The notes: generated from the sequence alone by a model not told the origin. 64,000 nt of DNA from Alphaproteobacteria bacterium (GCA_965243135.1 OZ251539.1:3296001-3360000); one strand, 5' to 3'. Numbered from the stretch's first letter, positions 51,352 through 61,752 are shown. Program-made: numbers and translations.

Positions 51352-51928
51352 GGAAGAGGCGGAATCCGCCCACGGCGGATCTTTTCTTCTAGTAAAAGCC
51401 CTTTATTAACGCGATCTTAGACGCCAGATCCGGTCTACCTTCTTGGTCGTCAGAAAACCACGGGCTGTCGTCGAGCTTGCGAGGAACGCTTTCAACACGC
51501 AAGCCCGGCGCGTTGCCGAAGATCGGCGAGACGCTGTGATGCGTAGCGCGACGAGCGGGAGCTTTTCCTTTCCGGCGCGCCGTGCGCGGGATGCCCGGTT
51601 GGGATTTCCGGCGGCTGCGCCTGGCGACCCGAACTGGCCGCCTACCTCGGCGAGCGGGGAGATTTCTACGTCTTTACCGTCAAGGGAAACCAACCTGCTG
51701 ACCGAACTTCTCTTCAAACAGAGGCGAACCCGACTTCCGGGAAAATGTCGATCTACGGAACCTTCTTCGTCGCCTCGCCCGTGGCCACGAGGCGATGAAG
51801 CGCTGCCGGGCGACTGGCTCGCGGAGCGACGGCAGCATGAACCCGGATCCTCGACGGCGAACGGCGAGGCTGTCCGACCTCGCCGCCAATCTCCTCCGGC
51901 GCGTCGACCGCGCTCGGCGCCTCCGCCG

Positions 51929-52912
51929 TCATTCCCCGCTCGTCCCCTGCAGATCCCGAAGAAAGCCGATCGCCGCGTCGCGCTCCGGCCCGTCGCCCTG
52001 GATCATCAGCACGGGTTCGTCGACCCCGCTCCGCGCGAACGCCTCCAGGCGATCGCGGCACGCGGCGGGCGTTCCGGCGACGCTGAACGCTTCGACTGCA
52101 TCGTCGGAGACCAGCCGCGCCGCCTCGTCCAGGTCGCGGCGCGAAACGGCATCCATGATCCGCTCCTGATCGACGGGAATTCCGGTCATCTCGACGTTTT
52201 CCCGCAACGCCCGGTTGCGCAGCAGAAAAGCGAGCTTCGCGCGCGCGGTCTCCACCGCCGTCCTGCCGTCGTCCGATACCGCGAATATCAGATAAGCGGC
52301 GCGCCTGACGCGGCCGCGCCCCGCCGCGGCGGCGGCCACCCGTTCGAGGGAAGATGCGCAATAGGCGGGCGAAAGCCCGGCGGACAGAACCACGCCGTCC
52401 GCGACGCGGCCCGCCAACGCGAGCATTCGAGGCCCGATCGCGGCGACGTAGACGACGAGCGGATGCGGCGGCGAAAATCCCATGCGGGCACCGTCGAGGG
52501 CGAAAAACTCCCCGTCGTGGCGAACCGGCTCGCCGCTCCATGCGGCGCGAAGGCATGCGACGAACTCGCGAACCGCCCGGACGGGCTTGATCGCCTCCTT
52601 GCCGCACTCCCTCAGAAACATGGGATTCCCCGTCCCGACGGCGATGCCGACCGGCGCTTCGCCGACCTCGGCAAGGGTCGCAAGCGCCATCGCAGTCGGA
52701 AACGGATGCCAGAGATAGGGGCTGACCGCCGTGGGCACCACGAAGGCCGACGGATCGTTCATCCGGAAGCCCATGGCCGTGACCATCGCCTCCCGGTAGC
52801 CCATGTGCTCCGCCATCCAGACGGATCGCGCGCCCGCCGCCGCCGCCTCGCGCGCGGTCGCCAGCGTCGCGGCGGTGCTGCCGAATCCATCGAAACTGAT
52901 TCCGGCGTTCAT
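51929..52912 (-). CDS. LLM-class flavin/F420-dependent oxidoreductase
   Basis: VWMAEH, HP..AMALATL, GTG, VAAIGPRMLALAGRVADGV, GTP..CRDRL. Confidence 0.85.
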   Translation of the reverse strand: MNAGISFDGFGSTAATLATAREAAAAGARSVWMAEHMGYREAMVTAMGFRMNDPSAFVVPTAVSPYLWHPFPTAMALATLAEVGEAPVGIAVGTGNPMFLRECGKEAIKPVRAVREFVACLRAAWSGEPVRHDGEFFALDGARMGFSPPHPLVVYVAAIGPRMLALAGRVADGVVLSAGLSPAYCASSLERVAAAAAGRGRVRRAAYLIFAVSDDGRTAVETARAKLAFLLRNRALRENVEMTGIPVDQERIMDAVSRRDLDEAARLVSDDAVEAFSVAGTPAACRDRLEAFARSGVDEPVLMIQGDGPERDAAIGFLRDLQGTSGE

Positions 52913-54039
52913 GGCCGATCCCCTCCTCCGGCCCGGTCCGGGCGGTCCCCCGTCTCGACGTAACGGCGGAGTTCGCCCGGCGTCATTCCTTCCAGTCCCA
53001 TCTTCGCGAGCGTCAGCCCGTCCCGGACGTAATCGATTCCGGTCGCGAGCGAAGCCAGATGGACGAGGCTGTCGATCGTCGGCGTCGCCACTCCCGCCAA
53101 CCGCCCGAAAGCCGCCAACGGCGCCAGCCCGTACCCGACGTCCTCGTGCACGTACCGGTGATCGAGCGATGGCGGCGACTTGAGGGTCGCGTTGGGCGCG
53201 CTCTCCTCGCAGGCCCGCGAGATCGAACCGCTGTCCCTCGCAGCCGCGGTGGTCAGCCCGGCGTCGTGAAACGCGTCGAGAAACGGTCGCGCCGGAATGT
53301 CCAGCGCCCTCGCGATCGCGAGCCGCTCGTCGTCGACGCCTTTGGTCACGGCCCCTACACCGGCGGTGATTCCCTCCTTGTAGAAAAGGAAATCACCGCG
53401 CGTCCGCTCGATCCAGCCGAGATTGAGAATCGTTCCCGGCGGATGAAAGGTCGCGTTGATGTTGGAAAGCGCCGTCTCGAGCACGCTCGAGGCCGCGACC
53501 GTCTCCGGATAGATGTCGTGGACGACGTCGAACAGTTCGTCCGTGCGGCGACCCGGCAGGGCGGCGAAGCCGAGCTTGCGGGTGAGCGAGTAAATCCCGA
53601 CCTCGGCCTCTCCCTCCATCCGGGCGATATAGGTCAGGGTCACGGTCTCGCAGGCGGTCAACGCGCGTCCGTGCCGCCTCAGCTCGGCGGCCAAATGAAG
53701 GCTGCCGCCGGTGTGCCCCGGATTGAGGAAGACCGGAACGGAGCCGTCGACAAGCGGAGCCAGCTCGCGAGCGTAATGGCCGTGGGCGACGGACGGCACG
53801 ACCAGCATGATCAGGTCCGCTCCGGCGACGGCTTCGGCAACGCCGGTCGTCATCTTCGCCACCGGAAAGAGTCCGTTCCGAACGCCGCGCGCCCTGATCC
53901 CTCCTTGCCGCCGCAGGGGCCGAAGCCGTTCTTCCCGGCGCGCGTGCAGTTGCACGTCGTAACCGCGCGCGGTCAGATCGGCGGCGGCCGCGCAACCGCC
54001 GTGACCGGCGCCGAGCACCGCTATCGTCCGGACGGTCAT
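52909..54039 (-). CDS. NAD/NADP-dependent octopine/nopaline (opine) dehydrogenase family protein
   Basis: AVLGAGHGG Rossmann motif, NPGHTGG, LSNINATFHP, HRYVHEDVGYGL. Confidence 0.88.
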   Translation of the reverse strand: MTVRTIAVLGAGHGGCAAAADLTARGYDVQLHARREERLRPLRRQGGIRARGVRNGLFPVAKMTTGVAEAVAGADLIMLVVPSVAHGHYARELAPLVDGSVPVFLNPGHTGGSLHLAAELRRHGRALTACETVTLTYIARMEGEAEVGIYSLTRKLGFAALPGRRTDELFDVVHDIYPETVAASSVLETALSNINATFHPPGTILNLGWIERTRGDFLFYKEGITAGVGAVTKGVDDERLAIARALDIPARPFLDAFHDAGLTTAAARDSGSISRACEESAPNATLKSPPSLDHRYVHEDVGYGLAPLAAFGRLAGVATPTIDSLVHLASLATGIDYVRDGLTLAKMGLEGMTPGELRRYVETGDRPDRAGGGDRP

Positions 54040-55184
54040 GCCTCCGCGCTTCGCCCGACCCTCCGCAGGCGATCCGTGTCCGCATGGTCCGACAGGAGCT
54101 CGCACCCGGTTTCCGTGACCAGGATCATGTCCTTGTTCTGCATCCCGTACCCGTGTCCCGTACGGTAGCACAACGGCTCGACGCCCAGCACCATTCCGGC
54201 TTCCAGCCGCGCGTCGTCCTTCGAACCGATCGCGGGGGTTTCTCCGATATAGGGATCCTCATGGAGAAAGAGCCCGATCCCGTGGCCGGCGAAGGAGATC
54301 GGCGGAAGGTTCTTCGCGACCAGCCTGGCGGCGAACTCCCGGTAGATTTCCCGGCAGCTGGCGCCCGGGCGGATCCGGTCGAGCAGCAGGCGTTTGCAGT
54401 CCGTCAGGACCTCCCAGATGTCCTCCGCGCGCGGCGGCGGCGCGCCCACGACCGCCGTGCGGCACACGCCCGCGTGATAGCCGTCGATCATCGGGAAGAT
54501 CTCGACGCGGCAGACGTCGCCGTCCTCGAGGCGGCGACCGCTGGGTCCCGCGTTGGGAAGCTGGCTGCGTTCGCCGGTGGCGACGATCAGCAGCCTGAAT
54601 TCCTGCGCGCCGAGTTCGTAGACGAGGCGCGTGAGATGGCCGGCGATATCCATTTCGGTGTCGCCGCGGCCGACGCGCTCGAGAGCCCCGGCGATCGCCC
54701 GGTCGGCAATCCGCGAGAGCCGGCGCAGAAGGGCGATTTCCTCCGGGGTCTTGATTTGCCGGAGCCGCGCGAGGAGGCGGTCGCCGGAAACGAAGGCGGC
54801 GCCGGGCAGACGCTCCTGCAACCTGTCGAAATCGGCCTTGGGAAGGTAGCCGGTTTCCAAGCCGATGCGGGCGCTCGCGAGTCCGAGATCCGCCAACAGG
54901 GATCCCAGCGCAGCCATGGCGTCGCCGCCGAACTCCTCCCACACCGCGAGCGGAACTTCGGGCGCCCTCTCCCGAATGGTCGACGCCTCCATGTCGACGC
55001 CGAGAAAGGCCATGCCGCCGTCGGCCGCGACCACCGCCGCCGCGTGCCGATGGCGCAGCAGGGGCTGGGACGGAACGACGAACCCGCTCGCATAGGCGAA
55101 GTTCTCGGGCGAGCAGAGCACCAGCGCGTCGAGACCCTCGCGCCGCGCCGCCTGAACCAGCCGATCCCTGACCTCTCCCCGCAA
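54036..55184 (-). CDS. M24 (Xaa-Pro peptidase/creatinase/ectoine hydrolase-like) protein
   Basis: N..YASG, RQIKTPEEI, CRT, GHGIGL..HEDP, LEAGMVLGVEP. Confidence 0.85.
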   Translation of the reverse strand: MRGEVRDRLVQAARREGLDALVLCSPENFAYASGFVVPSQPLLRHRHAAAVVAADGGMAFLGVDMEASTIRERAPEVPLAVWEEFGGDAMAALGSLLADLGLASARIGLETGYLPKADFDRLQERLPGAAFVSGDRLLARLRQIKTPEEIALLRRLSRIADRAIAGALERVGRGDTEMDIAGHLTRLVYELGAQEFRLLIVATGERSQLPNAGPSGRRLEDGDVCRVEIFPMIDGYHAGVCRTAVVGAPPPRAEDIWEVLTDCKRLLLDRIRPGASCREIYREFAARLVAKNLPPISFAGHGIGLFLHEDPYIGETPAIGSKDDARLEAGMVLGVEPLCYRTGHGYGMQNKDMILVTETGCELLSDHADTDRLRRVGRSAEA

Positions 55185-55194
55185 GGCCGCCTCC

Positions 55195-56352
55195 CTATCG
55201 AACCCGGTATTTCTCGATCTTTTCCCCGTCGATTTCGATTCCCATGCCGACGCCGTCCGGCAACTCGATGGCGCCGTCGACGAGGCGCATGGGTTCGGCG
55301 ATCAGATCGTCCAGATAGTAGATGCCGGCGAGCTGGCCGCCCTGCGCCTCCGCCGGCGTCGAAACCGGTATCACGCAGGAAAGCGCGACCGAAGGCGCGG
55401 CGGCGGCGAGCTGAAGATTGGCGAGGTTCCCGACGCCCGTCTCGACCGACCCGTTCACGTTGCAGACGATGCCGGCGGCGCGGCAGACCGCGGCGACTTC
55501 CATCGCCTTCAGCAAGCCGCCCGGCTTGGTGGTGTAGAGAGACACGATATCGGCGGCCCCGATCTCCGCGATGCGAAGCGCGTCGCGAGCCGTCCATGCC
55601 GACTCGTCGAGCATCACGGGCGGATCGATGGCGCGGGCGACCTCGGCCGCCCGCTCGATTCCCGTGACCGGCTGCTCGACGTAAATCAGGTCGTACGGCT
55701 CCATCTTGCGGACGATCCGAACGGCTTCGCCGGGAGTGCGATAGCCTTCGTTCGCGTCGACGCAAAGAGCGATCCCCGGTCCGACGGCCTGCCTGACGCG
55801 GCGGACGATTTCGACGTCGCGGTCCGGATCCACGCCCACCTTGATCTTGATCGTCCGGATTCCTTCCGAAACGACCTGGGCGCATTCCCGTTCCGCTTCC
55901 GCGATGTCGATCAGTCCGATCGAATGCGTCACCGGAATGCGGTTCCTGACGCGCCCGCCGAGCAGCATGTGCACCGGCTGCCCGTTGCGGCGCGCGGCGA
56001 GGTCGAACAGCGCCATTTCGACGGCCGCCTTCGCGTAGGGATAGCCCTTGACGGCGCCGTCCATGCGCGCGTGCGCCTCGACGACGTTGCCGACCTCGAC
56101 TCCGGTCACGGCGGGCGAGAGATAGTTGTCGATCACCGCCTCGGCGATCAGCGGCGATTCCCCGTAATAGCGACCGAACTCGCCGCCCCAGTCCTTGAGC
56201 GCCGGCGCCTCGCCCCAGCCCGAGAGGCCGTCGTCGGAAACCGCGCGGACGAGAACGTAGCGGCCGATAGGCTCGCTCAGCCCCGCCCACTTGTGCTCGC
56301 GCCGCGTCGGCAACTGCACGAGCACGGTTTCGATGGAAGCGATGGCGGACAG
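55195..56352 (-). CDS. Mandelate racemase/muconate lactonizing enzyme (enolase superfamily)
   Basis: GWGEA, AKAAVEMALFDL, KIKVG, DANEG, EQP, DES. Likely CTG start at 56352 after GGAGG; alternative GTG at 56325. Confidence 0.88.
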   Translation of the reverse strand: MSAIASIETVLVQLPTRREHKWAGLSEPIGRYVLVRAVSDDGLSGWGEAPALKDWGGEFGRYYGESPLIAEAVIDNYLSPAVTGVEVGNVVEAHARMDGAVKGYPYAKAAVEMALFDLAARRNGQPVHMLLGGRVRNRIPVTHSIGLIDIAEAERECAQVVSEGIRTIKIKVGVDPDRDVEIVRRVRQAVGPGIALCVDANEGYRTPGEAVRIVRKMEPYDLIYVEQPVTGIERAAEVARAIDPPVMLDESAWTARDALRIAEIGAADIVSLYTTKPGGLLKAMEVAAVCRAAGIVCNVNGSVETGVGNLANLQLAAAAPSVALSCVIPVSTPAEAQGGQLAGIYYLDDLIAEPMRLVDGAIELPDGVGMGIEIDGEKIEKYRVR

Positions 56353-56576
56353 AACGACCTCCCCTGCAGGCGTCGAGATCCTACAGGATTCGCGGCCGCC
56401 GCGGAACCGGCGGCGCGCGGCCCTTCAGGAAATCCGGCGTTGTCGCGGTCGTCGCCGACGTTCGACCGCTTTCCGGCGTCGCAGGCAGCCGCCCGTCGCG
56501 ACTTCGCCCTCCCGACGAAGGCGGCAGCAGCCGCCGGAAGCGGCGTTCCGGGCGTAATTCCCGCCCCGACGGCGAA

Positions 56577-56651
56577 TGGTGGGCGCGGCTGGGATTGAAC
56601 CAGCGACCCCTACGATGTCAACGTAGTGCTCTCCCGCTGAGCTACGCGCCC
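56577..56651 (-). tRNA. tRNA-Val(GAC)
   Basis: GGGCGCGTAGCTCAGCGGGAGAGCACTACGTTGACATCGTAGGGGTCGCTGGTTCAATCCCAGCCGCGCCCACCA; cloverleaf, GAC anticodon, encoded CCA. Confidence 0.97.
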
Positions 56652-56781
56652 GTCGGCGCTGTTTATCGCTTCCGGGCGGCGATTGCAACGGATTGATCCC
56701 GCCGGACAATTGATCTAAAGCACCGTCTGTCTCCGTCGCCGCCCGGCATCGGGGACTGCGGAGCGAAAGAGGCCCCCGTAA

Positions 56782-57702
56782 ATGCCCGCAGCCGACAAAT
56801 CGCGCCGGAAGCCGGCTGCGTCCGCCAGGTCCGCGGCCGGAATATCCCGCTCCTACGAAGTCCTCCGCCCCAGGCGCGTCTCTGCGCCGATCGTCCTCGC
56901 CTCGCCCCACAGCGGCCGCGACTACCCTCCGGAATTCGTCGCCCGCTCGCGACTGAATCCGCTTGCGTTGCGCAAATCCGAGGACGGCTTCGTCGACGAG
57001 CTGTTCGCGGGCGCGCGCGGTTGCGGCGTGCCCCTGATCCGCGCTCTCTTCCCGCGCGCGTTCGTCGACGTCAACCGCGAACCTTTCGAACTCGACCAAG
57101 ACATGTTCTCCGACCCGCTGCCGAATCACGTCAACACGCAATCCGTCCGCGTCGCCGCCGGCCTCGGAACCGTCCCGAGGACGATCTCCGGCGGACAGGA
57201 CATCTATTCGCAAAAGCTCGGCTTCGCCGAAGCCGCCGCCCGCATCGACCGGCACTACCATCCCTATCACCGGGCGCTTCAGCGCCTGATTCGCAAGGCC
57301 CGAAAAGATTTCGGCTACTGCATCCTGATCGACTGCCATTCCATGCCCTCGTTCGGCGAGCCGACGGATCCGGACCCCGGGCACGGACGGACGGATTTCG
57401 TGGTCGGCGACTGCTTCGGCGAGGCGTGCGCGCCCTACGTCACGGACGAGATAGAAGGAACAATAGCCGGGTTCGGCTACACGGTCGTCCGCAACAGGCC
57501 GTTCGCCGGCGGTTACACCACCAGGCATTACGGCGATCCGCGCAAGGGCGTGCACGCGGTTCAGCTCGAGATCAACCGCCTGCTGTACATGGACGAGGCC
57601 AGAATGCGAAAAACCGAGGGCTTCGCCGAACTCGCCGCCAGAATGACGGAACTGGTTTCGGCGCTGGTCCGCCTGACGGCGCTGAACCAGGCCGCGGAAT
57701 GA
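56782..57702 (+). CDS. N-formylglutamate amidohydrolase
   Basis: ASPHSGRDYP, SED.FVD, FVDVNR, PYH, IDCHSMPS, PFAGGYTT..YG, QLEINR.LY. Confidence 0.92.
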   Translation: MPAADKSRRKPAASARSAAGISRSYEVLRPRRVSAPIVLASPHSGRDYPPEFVARSRLNPLALRKSEDGFVDELFAGARGCGVPLIRALFPRAFVDVNREPFELDQDMFSDPLPNHVNTQSVRVAAGLGTVPRTISGGQDIYSQKLGFAEAAARIDRHYHPYHRALQRLIRKARKDFGYCILIDCHSMPSFGEPTDPDPGHGRTDFVVGDCFGEACAPYVTDEIEGTIAGFGYTVVRNRPFAGGYTTRHYGDPRKGVHAVQLEINRLLYMDEARMRKTEGFAELAARMTELVSALVRLTALNQAAE

Positions 57703-57920
57703 CTCGCCGGTCCGCCGCCGGCCGGCTTCTTCGCGTCGAGCCGCCCGCGGGCCGTTGACGCAGGCCGGTCCGTCCGTACACTGGCGCGGAGATCGCCGTG
57801 CCGCGCCTTCGGCCGGGCCGGCGAAACCGCGACGCTCGGAAAGCCTTCCCGCGGGCCGCCTTGCAAGCGTCGTCGCGGGCGTAACGTAGCCGGCGGACGA
57901 AACAATCGGGAGCGAGCGTC

Positions 57921-59168
57921 ATGTTGCAGGCGCAGAGCGCGCTGGGTCTGGTCGTTCTTCTATTTCTGGCGCAGGTTCTGGGCGAACGGCGCAGCTTTCG
58001 CGCGTGGCGCGTCGCCGTCGTCGGGGCCGCGCTGCAAATCGCGCTCGCCGCGGCGATGCTCTATCTGCCCGGGATCACGGACGCGATCGCCACGGTCAAT
58101 CGGCTGGTCTCCGCGCTCGACGCCGCGAGCGCGGCCGGCACGAGCCTCGTGTTCGGCTATCTGGGCGGCGGACCGCTGCCCTTCAAGGAAAGCTTTCCGG
58201 GCGCCGCCTTCGTCCTCGCCTTCCGGGCGCTGCCGATCATTCTCGTGGTGAGCGCGCTGGCGGCGGTCCTGACCCACTGGCGCATTCTGCCTCTGGTCGT
58301 CAGGGGTTTCGGCCTGCTCCTGGAACGCAGCTTCAGGATAGGCGGACCGACGGGGCTGGCGAGCGCGGCCAACGTCCTCGTCGGAATGATCGAAGCGCCG
58401 CTGCTGGTGCGTCCGTACCTGTCCCGCATGTCCCGCTCGGAACTCTTCGTGCTGATGACCGTGGGCATGGCGACCATCGCCGGCACGGTATACGTGCTCT
58501 ATTCGATAATCCTGACGCCCACGATGCCGGACGCCGCTTCCCAGCTTCTGATCGCCTCGGTCATCAGCGCGCCCGCGGCGGTGACGGTCGCCCTCTTGAT
58601 GGTGCCTCAGGAAGGGCCCCCGACGGAGGGCAGGCTGGAAATTCCCCGCGAAAGCGCCAGCGCGATGGACGCCGTCGTGCGCGGCGCCGAACAGGGCGTA
58701 AGGGTGCTCGTCGCCGTCGTCGCCCTGCTGATCGTGTTCGTGGCGCTGGTTCATCTCGTCAACGCCGGGCTGGCGTTGCTGCCCGATCTCGCGGGCGGGC
58801 CGATCACCCTGCAGCGGATCCTTTCCTGGCCCTTGATTCCGGTCGCCTGGCTAATGGGAATCCCTTGGGAGGAAGCGTCCGCGGCGGCGCGGCTGTTGGC
58901 GTCGAAGGTCGTGCTCAACGAGCTCGTGGCCTATCTCGAACTCGCCAAACTGCCGGAAGAAACGTTCTCGGCTCGAAGCCGGCTGATCGTCGTCTACGCG
59001 CTGTGCGGCTTCGCCAACCTCGGCAGTCTCGGCATCATGATCGGCGGCCTGTCGACCCTCGTCCCGGACCGGAGATCCGAAATCGTGGCGCTCGGCGCCA
59101 AAAGCGTCGTCGCCGGCTTTCTGGCCACTTGCCTCACCGGAGCGGTCATCGGCGTTCTGACGCCCTGA
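57921..59168 (+). CDS. Concentrative nucleoside transporter (NupC/CNT family)
   Basis: Polytopic membrane protein; EAPLLVRPYL, MATIAGT, KVVLNELVAY, YALCGFANLGS. Confidence 0.92.
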   Translation: MLQAQSALGLVVLLFLAQVLGERRSFRAWRVAVVGAALQIALAAAMLYLPGITDAIATVNRLVSALDAASAAGTSLVFGYLGGGPLPFKESFPGAAFVLAFRALPIILVVSALAAVLTHWRILPLVVRGFGLLLERSFRIGGPTGLASAANVLVGMIEAPLLVRPYLSRMSRSELFVLMTVGMATIAGTVYVLYSIILTPTMPDAASQLLIASVISAPAAVTVALLMVPQEGPPTEGRLEIPRESASAMDAVVRGAEQGVRVLVAVVALLIVFVALVHLVNAGLALLPDLAGGPITLQRILSWPLIPVAWLMGIPWEEASAAARLLASKVVLNELVAYLELAKLPEETFSARSRLIVVYALCGFANLGSLGIMIGGLSTLVPDRRSEIVALGAKSVVAGFLATCLTGAVIGVLTP

Positions 59169-59483
59169 ACGAAGAACCGGAAAACCGGCCCCGCAAGGGC
59201 CGGCCGGAAGCGAGGGGCCCGTGAGCGCGCGCCCGCCGCGCCGTCCCGGGCGTTTCGCCGGCCGTCGCGTTTTCCGAAGACGACGGAAAGAAGATCTGCG
59301 AAATCGCCGTCGGTTCGAGTAAACTGAACCCGTTGTCTTCGGGCGCTCCCCGCGGCAGAGAATGCAATGCGCGCTCGGGTCGGGCGAGGCGCTCCGCGCA
59401 AGGGGAGTCCCGGAAGAAGAGAACTCACGCCGGAAGGTCGGATGCCGCTCGCGCAGGCAATTACAGCAAAGCCGGACAGGCGC

Positions 59484-60674
59484 ATGAGCGCGCATTCGGA
59501 CGCGGAACTCGCCGCATTGCTGCGCGGCGGAGAATCTCATCTCGCGGAACGAAAGCGCAGCGCCGAGGACCGTAGCGGCATCCGCCGAAACATCTGCGCC
59601 TTCGCCAACGACATTGCGGGCGCCGGCAGGCCGGGAGTGATATTCGTCGGAGTCGAGGACGACGGGACGTGCGCCAATATCCAAGTGGACGATTCCCTGA
59701 TGCGCAATCTGGCGCAGACGGGCTCCGACGGGAACATCCTGCCGCTGCCCGACATGACCGTCGAAAGAAAAATCTTCGAAGGGTGCGAGGTGGCGGTCGT
59801 TCAGGTTGCGCCCGAACGGCGGCCGCCGGTTCGCTACCGGGGAAGGGTCTGGGTCAAGGCCGGCCCGACGGCGCAGCTGGCGAGTCCGGAGCAGGAGCGG
59901 CGCTTGAGCGAAAGACGGCGCGCCGCGGAATTGCCGTTCGACATGCGCCCGGTGGAAGAGGCGACGCTCGACGCGCTGGATCTGGATTATGCGCGAAATC
60001 GTTACCTGCCGTCCGCCGTCGCGTCCGACGTGCTGGAAAGCAACCGGAGATCCCTGGACGAACAATTGCGCTCGTTGCGCCTGATCGTCGATGATTCTCC
60101 GACCTGGGGGGCGTTGCTGTGTCTCGGGCGCAGCCCTCAACGCTGGCTTCCCGGCGCATATGCGCAATTTCTGCGCATCGACGGTCTCGCCATCACCGAT
60201 CCCATCCTCGACCAGAAAGCCCTGACCGGCAATCTGGAGGATATGCTCAGGGGACTGGACGCGCTTCTGAAATCGAACGTGACGATCTGCACCGAGGTGG
60301 CGCGGACCGCCGAAGAGCGAAGACGGCCCGACTATCCGATCGCGGCGATCCGGCAACTCGCATGGAACGCCTTCATGCACCGGAATTACGAGGGCACGAA
60401 CGCCCCCGTGCGCGTCTACTGGTACGCCGACCGCCTGGAAATCAGGAGCCCCGGCGGCCTGTACGGACAGGTGACGGAAGAAAATTTCGGGAACGGCGCG
60501 ACCGACTACCGGAATCCCCTCCTGGCGGAGGCGATGCACAATCTGGGCTTCGCCCAACGATTCGGGCCGGGCATTCCCCTCGCCCGCCGGACCATGGCCG
60601 AGAACGGCAATCCGCCGCCCGAATTCGCGTTGCGACCGACGGAAATCGTCGTCACCGCGAGGCCGCCGCCATGA
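59484..60674 (+). CDS. AlbA_2 (Schlafen-like) domain + HATPase_c_4/RecG-C-like protein
   Basis: ESHLAERK, ICAFAND, IFVGVEDDG; NAFMHRNY, DRLEIRSPGG, YRNPLLA, RFGPGI. Confidence 0.85.
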   Translation: MSAHSDAELAALLRGGESHLAERKRSAEDRSGIRRNICAFANDIAGAGRPGVIFVGVEDDGTCANIQVDDSLMRNLAQTGSDGNILPLPDMTVERKIFEGCEVAVVQVAPERRPPVRYRGRVWVKAGPTAQLASPEQERRLSERRRAAELPFDMRPVEEATLDALDLDYARNRYLPSAVASDVLESNRRSLDEQLRSLRLIVDDSPTWGALLCLGRSPQRWLPGAYAQFLRIDGLAITDPILDQKALTGNLEDMLRGLDALLKSNVTICTEVARTAEERRRPDYPIAAIRQLAWNAFMHRNYEGTNAPVRVYWYADRLEIRSPGGLYGQVTEENFGNGATDYRNPLLAEAMHNLGFAQRFGPGIPLARRTMAENGNPPPEFALRPTEIVVTARPPP

Positions 60675-61609
60675 AGATCCTCGCCTTCATCAACAACCGG
60701 CAGGAGATCGACAGAACCTCGCTCGTATATCACCTCGCCTGGATGTACGAGGATCTCGGCCTGAACGTGATCGCGGCCGACCTCGACCCTCAGGCGGCTC
60801 TGACCGGCATGTTTCTCCCGGAGAGCGAACTGAACGCCCTGTGGAACGGAACCGGCCCCCGACGAACCGCGTTCGGCGCGCTCGGCCCGCTTCTGGACGG
60901 CGACGTCGGACCGCCGCACGTCGAGGAAATTTCGCCGGGCATCGGCCTCCTCGCGGGCGACGCTTCGCTTTCGGCCGGCGCGTTCGCCGACCTAGGGAAG
61001 GACGACGCCTCCCGCATTGCCGCCGGTCTGCGACGAGTCCTGCATCTGGCTGCCGAAACGAACGCGGCGACCCTGGTCCTCGCGGACATGGGGCCGAACG
61101 CGAATCTGCTCAACCGGGCGGGCCTGGCGGCGGCCGACCATGTCGTCGTTCCTCTCGCGCCCGACCTCAGGTCTCTCGAAAGCCTCCGAATTCTCGGCCC
61201 GACGCTGCGGCGCCGGCAACGGGACGAGCCCCCGAACCTCCGGGTTCCCGTCCCCCGCCCGTCCGGGAACCCGCTGGCGGGCTATGTCGTCACGCGGCAA
61301 CTCGTTCGCCTCTACCTGCCGCTCGGGGGGCGCTGGATCGACCTGATGCCGGACGCTTATCGCGAAGCGGTCGCCGGAGAGAAAGCCCCGCCCGGCACGA
61401 AGGTCGGAGAGGATCCCTGTTGCCTGGGGACGCTCTCGCCGTTCCAGCTTCTCATGCCGATGGCGGAAGAGGCCCGCAAGCCCATGTTCTTTCTCAAGCC
61501 CGCGGACGGCGCAGTGGGCGGCCACGCGCCTGCGGTCGCGGAATGCTACCGCGAATACCGCGTCCTCGCCCGCGCGTTGGCCGAACGTTGCGAAATCCCG
61601 ATGCCGTGA
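60671..61609 (+). CDS. ParA-family protein with degenerate Walker A
   Basis: Starts 4 nt before the upstream stop; NNRQEIDRTSLVYHLAW in place of NNKGGVGKT; DLDPQ, D.GPN, PLAPD. Confidence 0.75.
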   Translation: MKILAFINNRQEIDRTSLVYHLAWMYEDLGLNVIAADLDPQAALTGMFLPESELNALWNGTGPRRTAFGALGPLLDGDVGPPHVEEISPGIGLLAGDASLSAGAFADLGKDDASRIAAGLRRVLHLAAETNAATLVLADMGPNANLLNRAGLAAADHVVVPLAPDLRSLESLRILGPTLRRRQRDEPPNLRVPVPRPSGNPLAGYVVTRQLVRLYLPLGGRWIDLMPDAYREAVAGEKAPPGTKVGEDPCCLGTLSPFQLLMPMAEEARKPMFFLKPADGAVGGHAPAVAECYREYRVLARALAERCEIPMP

Positions 61610-61752
61610 GCGTTCCCGGGTTCCTGTCCTGAGCCATGACGGCGGCAGAGCGTCCGCCCGCGCTGCAATGTCCGACCATCCGCACGGGTCACCACCGCTT
61701 CAACCTGGAGATTTCCTCCGCGCGCGCCGGTTCGCGAAGCCCCCGCGTCCGC

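Noticed and set aside
56577-56651. tRNA-Val as an island attachment site
   Set aside because: I saw no integrase and no duplicated tRNA 3' end in the window.
60119-60670. N-terminal extension of the ParA ORF (496 aa in track)
   Set aside because: Off-frame overlap with the AlbA_2 gene. ParA similarity begins at ATG 60671.
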